A stretch of DNA of 64,000 nucleotides from Candidatus Brocadiia bacterium (GTDB lineage: Bacteria > Planctomycetota > Brocadiia > CAIUPP01): contig JBEKCB010000002.1 in assembly GCA_050015075.1 (NCBI GenBank), positions 128,001-192,000 on the forward strand, read 5' to 3'. Position 1 is the first letter of the stretch; each line of letters begins with the position of its first letter. Below the pieces are notes generated by a model that was not told where the DNA came from, did no database searches, and saw only the letters and a list, made by a program, of their open reading frames with translations. Shown here one piece after another: positions 9,288 to 18,603 of this stretch. The position numbers and the translations under genes were made by a program.

Positions 9288-10554
9288 GCCGGTCCACTTC
9301 GCGCTCGCCCAGGAGCGCCACCGGGAACGCCGACTTGTTGTGGCAGAGCGGCTCGTCCATGTCCACCCACCGGCGGCACAGCTCGCCGTCCGGCGTTCCG
9401 GGAATCGGCGAGAAGTCCGCCAGCATCAGCCGCACGCCCAGGCCGTGCGCGAACCGCATCGAGCCTTCCAGTTCCTGCGTGTCCGCCCGCGGATGACCGA
9501 GGATCAGGTACGCGGTGATCTCGCTCGGCTCGGCGCCCGCTTCGCGCAAATGCTCCACGGCGCGGGCGAGGTCATCGGGCGCGACCTTGCCGGCCGAATT
9601 CCCATCCGTCCCGCGCTGCCATGCATCGGACAGGCTCTCGAACCCCAGGTAGAACGTCCGAACGCCCGCGCGCACCATCAGGCGGGCGATGTCGCGCGTG
9701 AGCAGCCGCGCGTGCAGCGCGTTGGGCGTGTGGAAATTCATCGTGATTTTCTGCGAGGCGATCCGATCGAGGAACGGTAGCAGCGCGGCCTCCGGCCGAT
9801 AGAGCAGCGCGTCGTCATAAAACGCCACGTCCCGCGCGCCCAGCCGGCGCAGCAGGTCCATCTCCGCCAGGGCGACCTCGAGCGGCCTGGGCGCGAACTG
9901 CAGAGAGAGCCGCGACGCCGCGCAGTACGTGCAGCGGAACGGGCAGCCGTCGCTCAGCTTCAGGACGCCCGTCTCAAGATGCTCGTACGCCTCCCAGAAC
10001 GCGGGCGCATTCAGGTCCAGCGCAAGGCCGAGCGCGCGCCACAGCGGCTCCAGTTCCGCGCCGGCGACGACGAGGTCCGTGCCGAGGTTTCGCGCGTGCT
10101 GCGGGCAGAGCGTGGCGTAGACGCCGCCGAGGACGATGCGCGTCGCCGGAGAAATCCGCCGAAGGTCCTCGATGACCTCCGCGACGCCCGGATACCAGTA
10201 CGTCATGCCGGTCTGGACGAGCGCGGCGTCGAACGGCGGCTGCCCGGCGAGGAACTCGCGGAAGCGCTCGCGCCCGGCGAATCCGAACCGGTGGTAGCGG
10301 CGCGGGAGCGCGCCGAAGGCGGCGGGCTTCGCGGCCGGCGCCCGGCGGATGCGGCGGCGTCCCCAGCGGTCCGGCGAATCCTCCGCGTCGCGCGGCGCCG
10401 GCGCGCACAGCGGGTCGAGGTAATCGAACAGCCGCAGCTCCGCCTGCCCGCGCAGATAGCCGGCCACCCGCAGCAGCCCATACGGCCGCAGCCAGAAGTC
10501 ATGGGCGGCGAAATCGTAGATCGGCGGGTTGACCAGCAGAATACGCGGTTCCAT
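9211..10554 (-). CDS. B12-binding-domain radical SAM protein
   Basis: ILLVNPPIYDF, MTYWYPG, IVLGGVYATL, CPFRCTYC, FYDDAL and HTPNALHA. Overlaps the GT2 3' end by 77 nt. Confidence 0.88.
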   Translation of the reverse strand: MEPRILLVNPPIYDFAAHDFWLRPYGLLRVAGYLRGQAELRLFDYLDPLCAPAPRDAEDSPDRWGRRRIRRAPAAKPAAFGALPRRYHRFGFAGRERFREFLAGQPPFDAALVQTGMTYWYPGVAEVIEDLRRISPATRIVLGGVYATLCPQHARNLGTDLVVAGAELEPLWRALGLALDLNAPAFWEAYEHLETGVLKLSDGCPFRCTYCAASRLSLQFAPRPLEVALAEMDLLRRLGARDVAFYDDALLYRPEAALLPFLDRIASQKITMNFHTPNALHARLLTRDIARLMVRAGVRTFYLGFESLSDAWQRGTDGNSAGKVAPDDLARAVEHLREAGAEPSEITAYLILGHPRADTQELEGSMRFAHGLGVRLMLADFSPIPGTPDGELCRRWVDMDEPLCHNKSAFPVALLGEREVDRLKELCRGLNRRLPPPPAASPAGGAS

Positions 10555-10636
10555 CCGACTTCTCTCTCCCATCGCGCCGGAATGATTCTATTGATCCGCC
10601 GGAAAAAAGTCTCTCATTTCGAGCCAGTGCAGGGGC

Positions 10637-10665
10637 TTGACTTGCGGGCCAAGCCTATGTACGAT
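10637..10665 (+). promoter_or_regulatory. Sigma70 promoter
   Basis: TTGACT-17 bp-TACGAT upstream of the GGAGG RBS and ATG 10702. Confidence 0.65.
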
Positions 10666-10701
10666 ACCTGCAACGATACGGTTCTGATCGGAGGAGCCCA
10701 T

Positions 10702-11232
10702 ATGCGCTCACGCACAAGGCGATGGTCGCTGGTCGCTCTCATGCTTGTCCTGGCGTGCGGCTCCGCGTCGTACGCCGCGCTGACCGAGAAGAATTGCCTC
10801 GACGGCATCAATGACATGGTCGCGGTCCTGCGCTATTACCACCGGTTCGCGACGGATGCGCAGTATAACCTGGACCTCTGCCGCGCGGCCAAAGCGCTGA
10901 CGCAGAAACAGCTCACCGTGGAAAAGGCCCTGCTCGACGAAGCGAAGCGCAAGGGACAGACGGAACAGGCCGCTTACTTTCAGAGCCGCGTGACCCGGCT
11001 GGAGCACCAACTGGGGCGCCTGGCCGAGTTCAAGTATGAAGAGACGTACGGCAAGCGCATGAGCGATTCGCATGCGGCCATCACGAAGCTCGAAGTGAAC
11101 CTCGTCGCGCACGTCCAGGAATACGAATCGCTCTTCGGCAAGAAGGCCCACGCGCAGACTTCGTTCGATGAGGAAATGGCCAAGTACCGTCCGCACCGCG
11201 AGAACATGGCCTACTACCTCGTCCTCGACTGA
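10702..11232 (+). CDS. Hypothetical secreted helical/coiled-coil protein
   Basis: GGAGG RBS, signal peptide MRSRTRRWSLVALMLVLACGSASYA, charged helical body. Confidence 0.75.
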   Translation: MRSRTRRWSLVALMLVLACGSASYAALTEKNCLDGINDMVAVLRYYHRFATDAQYNLDLCRAAKALTQKQLTVEKALLDEAKRKGQTEQAAYFQSRVTRLEHQLGRLAEFKYEETYGKRMSDSHAAITKLEVNLVAHVQEYESLFGKKAHAQTSFDEEMAKYRPHRENMAYYLVLD

Positions 11233-11234
11233 AA

Positions 11235-12440
11235 GTGGCCGCGCGCGATTCCACCCGCCGGACGCTCGCCTGCCGCCTGACGCCCGTCGGCGAAGGCGGC
11301 ATCAGCCTGATTGAACTCTCCGGCCCCGACTCCGTCGCCATCCTCGACCGCCTGTTCCAGAACCCGCGCGGAGTGCGCGTGGCGCAAATGGAGCCGGGCC
11401 GGCTGCTCTACGGCCGTCTCGTCCGCGACGGCGTTCCGCTCGACGAAGTGCTGCTCGAATGCGTTCAGACCGGACAACGCGGCGTCTTCGTCATCAACTG
11501 CCACGGCGGCGCGCTCGCCTCGCAGCGAACGATGGCCGCGCTCACCGCCGCAGGCGCGCGGGCGGCGCGGGAGAAGGAATTCCTCGCCCGGCAGCGGCGG
11601 CTCGGGCTGCTGGACCGAATCCAGGAAGAAGCCGCGCAGCGAATCCCGCGCGCCCTCACGCTCCGTGCGGCGCAAATGCTGGTCGCCCAGCACGAAGGCG
11701 CGCTCGCGGCGGTGCGCGGCGAACTGCTCCGGCGGGCGGATTTGCGGCCGCCCGACTGGCCCTGGATCGAGGAACGGCTACTGCGACTCCTCGCGACGGC
11801 GGCTTTCGGGCGCGGCATGGTCCGGCCGCCCCGCCTCGTCATCGCCGGCCGGCCGAACGTCGGCAAGTCCACGCTGGCGAACGCCCTGCTCCGCTTCGAC
11901 CGCATGCTGGTCCACCCGGAACCGGGCACCACGCGCGACACGATCGAAGAAGGCCTTTCGCTGCGCGGCCTGCCCTTCACGCTCGTGGACACCGCCGGAC
12001 TCCGCGAGGCCGAAAGCGAAATCGAGCGCGAGGGCGTCCGCAGGGGCGCGCAGGCGCTCCGGCGCGCGGACATCGCCCTGCTGGTCTTCGACGCCTCCGC
12101 CCCGCTCCAGGAAGAGGACCGCCGCATCCTGGCGCGCGGCGGAACGCGGATGCGCCTGCCGGTGCTCAACAAGAGCGATCTGCCCGCCGCGGTCCCGGCC
12201 GGGCTGATCGAGGAAAAAACCGGCTGCCGGCCCGTGGTCGTATCCGCCGCGAGCGGCGCCGGCCTCGGCGAGCTGGAAGAGCGGATCGTCGCGGCCGCTT
12301 ATCCGCAGATGCCCGCGCAGGGCGAAGCGGTGCTCTTCACCCTCCGCCAGGAACGCCTCGTCAGGACCGCGCTCCAGGCCGCCGCCCGCAAGGACCGAGC
12401 GCGGCTCGCGGCGGCGATGGATGAGCTGTTCACGGATTGA
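11235..12440 (+). CDS. MnmE/TrmE-like GTPase, short form lacking the C-terminal CxGK motif
   Basis: TPVGEGGISLIELSG, INCHGG, G1 GRPNVGKST, PGTTRD, DTAGLR and NKSD. Ends ...MDELFTD. Confidence 0.85.
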   Translation: MAARDSTRRTLACRLTPVGEGGISLIELSGPDSVAILDRLFQNPRGVRVAQMEPGRLLYGRLVRDGVPLDEVLLECVQTGQRGVFVINCHGGALASQRTMAALTAAGARAAREKEFLARQRRLGLLDRIQEEAAQRIPRALTLRAAQMLVAQHEGALAAVRGELLRRADLRPPDWPWIEERLLRLLATAAFGRGMVRPPRLVIAGRPNVGKSTLANALLRFDRMLVHPEPGTTRDTIEEGLSLRGLPFTLVDTAGLREAESEIEREGVRRGAQALRRADIALLVFDASAPLQEEDRRILARGGTRMRLPVLNKSDLPAAVPAGLIEEKTGCRPVVVSAASGAGLGELEERIVAAAYPQMPAQGEAVLFTLRQERLVRTALQAAARKDRARLAAAMDELFTD

Positions 12441-12452
12441 ACACTCCTTCTC

Positions 12453-12606
12453 ACCACCAAGGCGCCAAGACACCAAGAGACAACAGCTTCCACGACGGAA
12501 TACACGGAGCACACCGAATGGCTTTCCTGAACAGCTTCAGTGTCTTCCGTGTGTTCCGTGGTTGCAATATCCGTCGCCGTTCTTGGTGTCTTGGCGCCTT
12601 GGTGGT
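12453..12606. repeat. Nested periodic inverted repeat
   Basis: Perfect 26-bp outer arms ACCACCAAGGCGCCAAGACACCAAGA (8-bp period). Inner imperfect arms at 12490-12518 and 12536-12561 built on CACGGA-type units (9-bp period). Confidence 0.92.
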
Positions 12607-12623
12607 TAATGGGGGACGACAGA

Positions 12624-14384
12624 TTACTCGCTTCGTTCCAGCAGCGTCGCGTTCTTCGTGGATTTCTCCTCCGCCGGCGACAGGTTCTCGAACTCCTTGC
12701 AGCGGACGGCGTACTTCGCCTCGGCCAGCACTTGCGGCAGCGCGCGCGAGTAGACGATCCGGTAACGCGCGGGCCGCCTGGCGACCGACGCCGGCTCGCG
12801 GTGGATATAGTAAAGCTCGGCCGCTATGCCCGTGTAAGCGCCCGTCTCTTTGTCCTCGGTGCCGGTCAGCTCGATGCACTCGCCGGGCGGCACGATCGCG
12901 TCCACCTTTCGGCCGAAGATCGGCCGGGACTGGTCCACCGCGCGGAAACTGTCGAGCGTTCCCACCATCGTCAGCGCGGCGACCGCCACGCCGCACATCA
13001 GCGGCGCGAGCGCCGGCCGATTCCGCAGCGTTCGGCGGAGGAGCAGCGCTCCGAAAATGATCAGCGAGCCGGTCAGCACAAGCCACGGCGGCACGGCGCG
13101 CCACATCTCCGGAGCGATCGGGCCGTCGAGCCGGAGCAGGCGGGCCGCCGCGTTCAAGAACTCCGGCGGCGCGTTCAGGGCGAGTCTCAGGCATCCCGCG
13201 AAAAGCGCCGCGGCGCCTTCCAGGAGCATCGCGACGGCGAAAGCCCCGAACAGAGCGCGCTTGAACTTGCGCGCCCATCCCGGCAAATCCTCGAGCAGCG
13301 CCTGGGCCAGCGCCACGCTGGCGAACGGCGCCACCGGCATCAGGTAGTACGTCCGCCGCGAGCCGGAGAGCGTGAAGAACAGAAAAATCGCCGCGTAGCA
13401 GAAGAACGGGAAGAGCCGCCGGCGGTCCGCTTCCTGGTCGAACATCCACAGCGCGTAGCCGCCGCGCTTCGCGGCGCGCGCGCGGACGCGGACGACCCAC
13501 AGGCCGATCGCCGCCGGCAGGAACACCGACCACGGCGTGAGCAGCTCGAACTGGTTCCAGAGGTAAAAATAGAAGGGCTCGCGATGGTCCGACGGACTGA
13601 CCGCGCGGCCCACCGACTCGCGCCACAAGCACTCCACCGGGTGCCAGCCGCCCTGCCGCGCGTGCGCGATCAGGAACGGCGGGGCGAGCGTCGCCGCGAA
13701 TACGGCGATTCCGAGCAGCACGGGAATCGGCCGCAGCCACCGGAAGCCGCGGACGAGCAGGCACCAGAGGAACGCGGCGAAGCACGGCGCCGCAAATCCC
13801 GAAAGCCCCTTCATCAGCGACGAAAGCCCCATGACCAGCCCGATGAGCGGGAAGATGAACCAGCGCGGTTTCTCGCCCGCCTCCAGCACCAGCAGCAGCG
13901 CCGCGGCGATGCCCAGCACCGTCTGCGCGTCGGCGCTCGCCTCGCGGCTGAAGTACAAAATGCGGAACATCGTCGCGTAGATGAACGCCGCCAGCGCCGC
14001 CGTCGCCGGCGAGCCGGCCGTCCGCCGCCCGATCACGTAGATCAGCAGCACCGTCAGCACGAAGCTGATCACGCTCGGCAAGCGCAGCGTGAACTCGCTC
14101 ATGGAGCCGGTGAGCTTCGAAGCCAGCAGGATCAGCCAGTAGCTCCCGAACGGCTTGTCGTCGTACGGGCGCCCGCCGATGGTCATGGAGAACAGGTTGT
14201 GCGAGGAAGCCATTTCGCGGCTGACCATCGCCCAGCGGCCTTCGGAGCCTTGCAGCGGGAAGTCGAGCTGCCAGAAGGCGAACACCAGGCCCAGCAGCAG
14301 CGCGGCGGCGAGGACGGCGCGCGCGTTGAACGGCGCGGGAGATTCGTCGGCCCGGCCGTCGAGCGGCGCAACAGGTTCAGCCAT
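12624..14384 (-). CDS. ArnT/GT83-like (GT-C fold) membrane glycosyltransferase
   Basis: SEGRWAMVSREM, YDDKPFGSYW, EFTLRLPS, LMKG, DHREPFYFY and RRTYYLMP, with many TM segments. Confidence 0.88.
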   Translation of the reverse strand: MAEPVAPLDGRADESPAPFNARAVLAAALLLGLVFAFWQLDFPLQGSEGRWAMVSREMASSHNLFSMTIGGRPYDDKPFGSYWLILLASKLTGSMSEFTLRLPSVISFVLTVLLIYVIGRRTAGSPATAALAAFIYATMFRILYFSREASADAQTVLGIAAALLLVLEAGEKPRWFIFPLIGLVMGLSSLMKGLSGFAAPCFAAFLWCLLVRGFRWLRPIPVLLGIAVFAATLAPPFLIAHARQGGWHPVECLWRESVGRAVSPSDHREPFYFYLWNQFELLTPWSVFLPAAIGLWVVRVRARAAKRGGYALWMFDQEADRRRLFPFFCYAAIFLFFTLSGSRRTYYLMPVAPFASVALAQALLEDLPGWARKFKRALFGAFAVAMLLEGAAALFAGCLRLALNAPPEFLNAAARLLRLDGPIAPEMWRAVPPWLVLTGSLIIFGALLLRRTLRNRPALAPLMCGVAVAALTMVGTLDSFRAVDQSRPIFGRKVDAIVPPGECIELTGTEDKETGAYTGIAAELYYIHREPASVARRPARYRIVYSRALPQVLAEAKYAVRCKEFENLSPAEEKSTKNATLLERSE

Positions 14385-14487
14385 CGGCGCGGTGGCCCTT
14401 TCGCGGTTTCAAGCCGCCCTCGCGGCGGCTCAACTCCTGGCGCTTTTAGCACCTGCCCCGGAGAAAATCAAGGAGCGGAGGAATCGC

Positions 14488-14516
14488 TTGACGCGAATGG
14501 CCCCAGGCGTCAGAAT
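14488..14516 (+). promoter_or_regulatory. Sigma70-type promoter TTGACG-N17-CAGAAT
   Basis: Same architecture as four other intergenic sites in the window. Confidence 0.65.
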
Positions 14517-14540
14517 ACGATATTCGATGCCTGACCGTCC

Positions 14541-14598
14541 CGTTTGTAGTGGCGCCGTCAGGCGCTGCTCCGTATGCCCTTACGGGCACACTACGAGC
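14541..14598 (+). repeat. GTAG-type REP doublet, copy 2 (in a predicted 5' UTR)
   Basis: TTGTAGTGGCGCCGTCAGGCGCTGCTCCGTATGCCCTTACGGGCACACTACGAGC. Confidence 0.92.
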
Positions 14599-14644
14599 AG
14601 GGAATTCCGGCCGAGATAGTGCAACGCCTTTGCGGAGGCGCGCG

Positions 14645-15733
14645 ATGTTGCAACTTGTCCTGTCTTTCGACACGGAAGACTACGTAACGCCCGAGGCGGT
14701 GGACGCCAAGAAATTCTGGGCGGAGGAGCTTTCCGCGCGCGGCCTGCGCGGGTCCTTCCAGTGCGTGGCGGAGGTCATCCGCGTCCTGCGGCGCCGCCAT
14801 CGCGAGGACGTGATCGAGGCGCTGGGGCGGCACGAGATCGGCTACCACACCAACCTGCATTCCGCGCCTCCGGTCCCGCCGCCGGCGCTCGAGGGAATCG
14901 GGCTGGCCGAGGGCATCGAGTGGGTGTTGCAGCACGAGGCGGCCGGCTGGGCGCTGGTGATGGAGACCTTCCGGCGGGTCCCGGTCAGCTACTGTCCGCC
15001 GGGCAATTCCTGGACTCCGCACGTATTACTGGCGCTCGCCGCCGCCGGAGTCAAGGTCTGGTGCGCTTCCGTGCCCGCGAAAAACCTGGGGCCCGCGTGG
15101 TACTGCGGGCTGCTGGCCATCAACTATGATCTCGCCTTCGACTCCTTCATGGGCGAGGACGCCGCCGAGGAGGAGCGCTTCAAGCGGGCGTTCGAGGACA
15201 CCCTGGCGCGAAAAGCGCAGGACGGCGTGATGGTGGTCTATACGCATCCGTCCCGGCTGGTGGCGGCGCAGTTCTGGGACACGCCGCTCTACAAAGGGGC
15301 GCATCCGCAGCCGGTGCCGCCCGCGCCGCTTCGCTCGCCCGCGCATATCCAGGTCTTGAAGGAGCGATTCCGGCGGCTGCTCGACTGGATCCGGGATAGG
15401 CGCGACGTGGAGTTCGCCGACTTCGCCACGGTCTACGCCGACCGGTCAGCGCACCGGCGGGACCTGCAATGCCTGCTCGACGAAAATAAATTGAAGCCCG
15501 GCGAAGCGGGCAAGCTGCCGCTGAGGGAGCCGGGCAGCGACTGTCCCTACGTTCAGGTTCTGAACGAATTCCGCTACGACTGGCCCCTCTATCCGGAAGG
15601 GTTCACCGGCGACAAGCTCCGCGCAATGGCGCGCGGGTTGGCCTGGAGCTATGCGGAGGCAAAACGCCGCACTTTTTGTGAAGAAAAGGAAAAGCCTCTC
15701 GCAAAGGCGCAAAGAGCGCCAAGAACAACATAA
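14645..15733 (+). CDS. Polysaccharide-deacetylase-like (NodB-fold) protein
   Basis: LSFDTED, HEIGYHTNLHS, SYCPPG and YTHP. The C-terminus reads through into a repeat arm. Confidence 0.7.
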   Translation: MLQLVLSFDTEDYVTPEAVDAKKFWAEELSARGLRGSFQCVAEVIRVLRRRHREDVIEALGRHEIGYHTNLHSAPPVPPPALEGIGLAEGIEWVLQHEAAGWALVMETFRRVPVSYCPPGNSWTPHVLLALAAAGVKVWCASVPAKNLGPAWYCGLLAINYDLAFDSFMGEDAAEEERFKRAFEDTLARKAQDGVMVVYTHPSRLVAAQFWDTPLYKGAHPQPVPPAPLRSPAHIQVLKERFRRLLDWIRDRRDVEFADFATVYADRSAHRRDLQCLLDENKLKPGEAGKLPLREPGSDCPYVQVLNEFRYDWPLYPEGFTGDKLRAMARGLAWSYAEAKRRTFCEEKEKPLAKAQRAPRTT

Positions 15734-15777
15734 TCAGGTTGTTTTTCGTTCTTTGCGCTCTTGGCGTCTTGGCGAGA
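15697..15777. repeat. Periodic inverted repeat, CGC(A/C)AAG units
   Basis: TCTCGCAAAGGCGCAAAGAGCGCCAAGAAC matches the reverse complement of 15748-15777 at 26/30 positions. Confidence 0.88.
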
Positions 15778-15814
15778 GAATTCCTTTTGCGATTTATGAG
15801 AGAAGCTAAGGACC

Positions 15815-16891
15815 ATGCAACTCGATAAGTACCTCCAAGACCTGGAAGACCGCATTGACGAGGGCGTTGAGGACGAGCTTCTCGCGAGCTGGAAGGAGTT
15901 CACCGACAACCGCTTTCAGGGCGAGGTCTTTGTCCCGGCGCGCAGGAAAGCGGCGCCTGCGAAAGTCGCCTGGCCGAAGGTCCTGATTAATGATGCACTT
16001 GAGGACTACGACCTCATGGCGCTGGCGCAATTCGGCGACTGCTCGCAAATGCTGGAGAAGGCCGCCGGCTCCGTCATGATGGTCCGGTCCGACTACGGGA
16101 CCAGCATCCTGCCGAGCCTTTTCGGCGTCCGGCTGTTCATCATGGAGCGCGACCTGGACACGCTGCCGACCTCCATGCCGCTGCAGGATTTGGACGCCAT
16201 CCGGCGTCTCGTCGGCCGCGGCGTGCCGGAGCTTCGCCAGAGCCTCGGCGCCAAGGCGCTCGAGATGGGCAGGCGGCTCGCGGCGATCAAGGAGCGCTAC
16301 CCCAAAATCGGCAAGTACGTCCAGATCTATCACCCCGACCTGCAGGGCGCCATGGATGTCTGCGAGGTCATCTGGGGCAGCCGGCTTTTTATGGACGTCG
16401 CCGACTATCCCGACCTCGTCAAGAGCTTCCTCGACCTGATCTGCCGGACCTATATCAGCTTCCTGAGCGAGTGGCGCCGCATCGTCCCCTCGGCGACGGA
16501 CGGCTACGGTTTCCACTGGGGCCTGATGCACAAGGGCCGGATCATGCTGCGGACCGACTCGGCCATGAACTTCTCGCCCGGGATGTTCGACGAGTTCATC
16601 CGCCCCTACGAGCAGCGGCTCTTCGACGCCTTCGGCGGCGGCGCGGTCCATTTCTGCGGGCACGGCGACCATTACATCGAGAGCATGTCCGCCATGCGCG
16701 GCCTCAACGCCATCGCCATGAGCCAGCCGGAACTCAACGACATGGAGACGATCTACCGGAACACGATTGACAAAGGGATCAAGCTCATCAGCTTCGACCC
16801 CGGCTGGGCGGCCAAAGCGCTGGCTTCGGGCCGGAAACTGCGCGGACAGGTGCAGTGCTCGTCGGCGCCGACGCTCCTTAAGGATAAGTAG
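15815..16891 (+). CDS. URO-D/MtaA-CmuA superfamily TIM-barrel protein
   Basis: DYGTSILPSLFG, PDLQGAMD, D...FSPGMFDEFIRPY and AVHFCGHG. Confidence 0.7.
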   Translation: MQLDKYLQDLEDRIDEGVEDELLASWKEFTDNRFQGEVFVPARRKAAPAKVAWPKVLINDALEDYDLMALAQFGDCSQMLEKAAGSVMMVRSDYGTSILPSLFGVRLFIMERDLDTLPTSMPLQDLDAIRRLVGRGVPELRQSLGAKALEMGRRLAAIKERYPKIGKYVQIYHPDLQGAMDVCEVIWGSRLFMDVADYPDLVKSFLDLICRTYISFLSEWRRIVPSATDGYGFHWGLMHKGRIMLRTDSAMNFSPGMFDEFIRPYEQRLFDAFGGGAVHFCGHGDHYIESMSAMRGLNAIAMSQPELNDMETIYRNTIDKGIKLISFDPGWAAKALASGRKLRGQVQCSSAPTLLKDK

Positions 16892-16902
16892 GAAGATCGA
16901 AA

Positions 16903-17898
16903 ATGAATCTTACTAAGATTCCGTTCGCATCAGCAATGTCCGTTGTTCTTGTGCTGGCAGGTTGCACCCACGAAACTGCGGTTGTCACGGGTTCCCAAGC
17001 TACCTCCATGACAGAGGTAAGCGGCAGCGCGGCGGATAGCTGGCCCAAACTACAAGACTTGGACCTTAATGATCGGAACTTATATTCAAGTTACTCCTTC
17101 AGGCTTCGGAAACCCCAGCCTGTCGAACCGAATGAATCGCAGCATCACAAAATTGCTCTTCCAGGGTATATATGGGCGTCAAACACGAGTCCCCAGGTTG
17201 TGTATGCAACTTATGGCGAGAAGGTGCCTGTCTTTGGCGTCTGGAACCGACATTTCTGGGTGTGTAATGGTTCGCTTCGAACGCTGACGCTGGCAGACGA
17301 TATTGGTTTTCATCTCACAGTGAAGTTTTCTATCTCTGAAAAGATTCCCAAGCATGGTATATTTACAACAGATTTCACCTGGAGGTTGCTGGGAGAATCT
17401 CCGTCAGAAGTTAACATTGATGTACCAGGTATGTTTCGCTGCCTTGTCGAGGGGGGTACGAAATCGCGGGAAGGGAATATGTTCACGGCGCGGGCGGTCA
17501 AAGGACCGAACAGAGACGTTATATTCACTGCGGTCTGCGAAGTTGGAGCAAAGGGCGGATACCCCTTCCACAGCGTTTCCTTCACTTACAAGGATGCAAA
17601 GTCAAAAGATCCTGAGTGCTACTTGCTCATGGACGAAATAGAGGTAAACAAAGCCAAGGGAGAATATTCCATGAATGACGTTGAGAGAAAGCTGCGGGAT
17701 GGCGGTTTTATAATTCGGCATATTCCCAACGCGACTGAAAATGAGCACGAAAATGAAATGGCCAGAAAAGAGATTGAGAATCTGATTGGTGAAGCAGCAT
17801 ATGCCGGCGACTCCGGTGATATTGATGCAGGAACGCTAACGACAATCAAGCGAGCCTTTTCGCGCGGGGGAATCCCTGGTGATTTCGGAAATGATTAA
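16903..17898 (+). CDS. Hypothetical lipoprotein in low-GC islet
   Basis: Lipobox VLAGC and AGGA RBS. Clearly more AT-rich codon usage than its neighbours. Confidence 0.7.
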   Translation: MNLTKIPFASAMSVVLVLAGCTHETAVVTGSQATSMTEVSGSAADSWPKLQDLDLNDRNLYSSYSFRLRKPQPVEPNESQHHKIALPGYIWASNTSPQVVYATYGEKVPVFGVWNRHFWVCNGSLRTLTLADDIGFHLTVKFSISEKIPKHGIFTTDFTWRLLGESPSEVNIDVPGMFRCLVEGGTKSREGNMFTARAVKGPNRDVIFTAVCEVGAKGGYPFHSVSFTYKDAKSKDPECYLLMDEIEVNKAKGEYSMNDVERKLRDGGFIIRHIPNATENEHENEMARKEIENLIGEAAYAGDSGDIDAGTLTTIKRAFSRGGIPGDFGND

Positions 17899-17934
17899 TG
17901 GCGAAAGCCCCCACTTTTCCAAGAGTTCGCAGGA

Positions 17935-17962
17935 ACGCGCCTGATGAACCGTTGACGGGAAA
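17935..17962 (+). repeat. 28-bp direct repeat copy A (attC-left-half-like)
   Basis: ACGCGCCTGATGAACCGTTGACGGGAAA, 23/28 identical to 18604-18631, with all differences being transitions. Confidence 0.55.
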
Positions 17963-18036
17963 ATGTGGAGCTGTTAACAAACAGCGACCAAGGGCGCAAT
18001 TTTAGGGAGCTTTGGAGATGTTGAAAAATGCTCCTT

Positions 18037-18126
18037 GTCATTCCCGCGAAGGCGGGAATCCAGACTGCTCCTTCGGCGGGCAAGGCGCGCGCCGAAACGC
18101 TGGATTCCCGCTTGCGCGGGAATGAC
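18037..18126. repeat. dRS3-like (ATTCCC-N8-GGGAAT) inverted doublet
   Basis: GTCATTCCCGCGAAGGCGGGAATCCAG...CTGGATTCCCGCTTGCGCGGGAATGAC, with arms 25/27 complementary. Confidence 0.88.
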
Positions 18127-18193
18127 TGAATGGCTATCCCCTATTATAAAATGGGATATACCGAATGAGAAGCTCGTTGCCGGGTGGCTACCA

Positions 18194-18466
18194 ATGCGTT
18201 GGCGGATAATTTACATCTCGGTCATCGTGTGTGTCGTACTCGCATCAATGCTCGTAGCTCTAGGCATTGTGCGTTTTGCCTTGGTCTTATGGACTTATTT
18301 TCACGGTTCTCAAAGTGGCGCTGCTTTTACGTCAGGCTTTTCGCTCGCTTACTCGGGGCTCGGTTTGGTTGCAACCGCCTGCTTTATGTATGCCTTCTTT
18401 CTTCTAATATATCCTTGGCTGAAAGGTCGAAGGCTCAAATCGGGGACGCGGACAAAAGAAAAATAA
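18194..18466 (+). CDS. Small two-TM membrane protein in low-GC islet
   Basis: MRWRIIYISVIVCVVLASML... with two hydrophobic segments and a basic tail. Confidence 0.55.
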   Translation: MRWRIIYISVIVCVVLASMLVALGIVRFALVLWTYFHGSQSGAAFTSGFSLAYSGLGLVATACFMYAFFLLIYPWLKGRRLKSGTRTKEK

Positions 18467-18603
18467 CCTGATATGATGCCTGGGTTTGATGAGGACGGAC
18501 CCCATCTTCCCGGAAAAAGGACAACTCGCAACTCTCAGCCATAAGGGAATACAATCTGGGCGCCACAAATGTGCCGTCCCTGCTATTAGAAGGATATTGA
18601 GTT

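Noticed and set aside
17908-17980. Complete attC site after the lipoprotein gene
   Set aside because: An imperfect stem exists (CCACTTTTCC/GGAAAATGTGG), but no properly paired RYYYAAC/GTTRRRY ends. Only the half-site hypothesis is kept.
18493-18580. GGACGG...GTGCCGTCCC pair as a further repeat family shared with the 23328-23368 hairpin
   Set aside because: Only a 10-bp match and a poor left arm, which is not enough evidence within this window.
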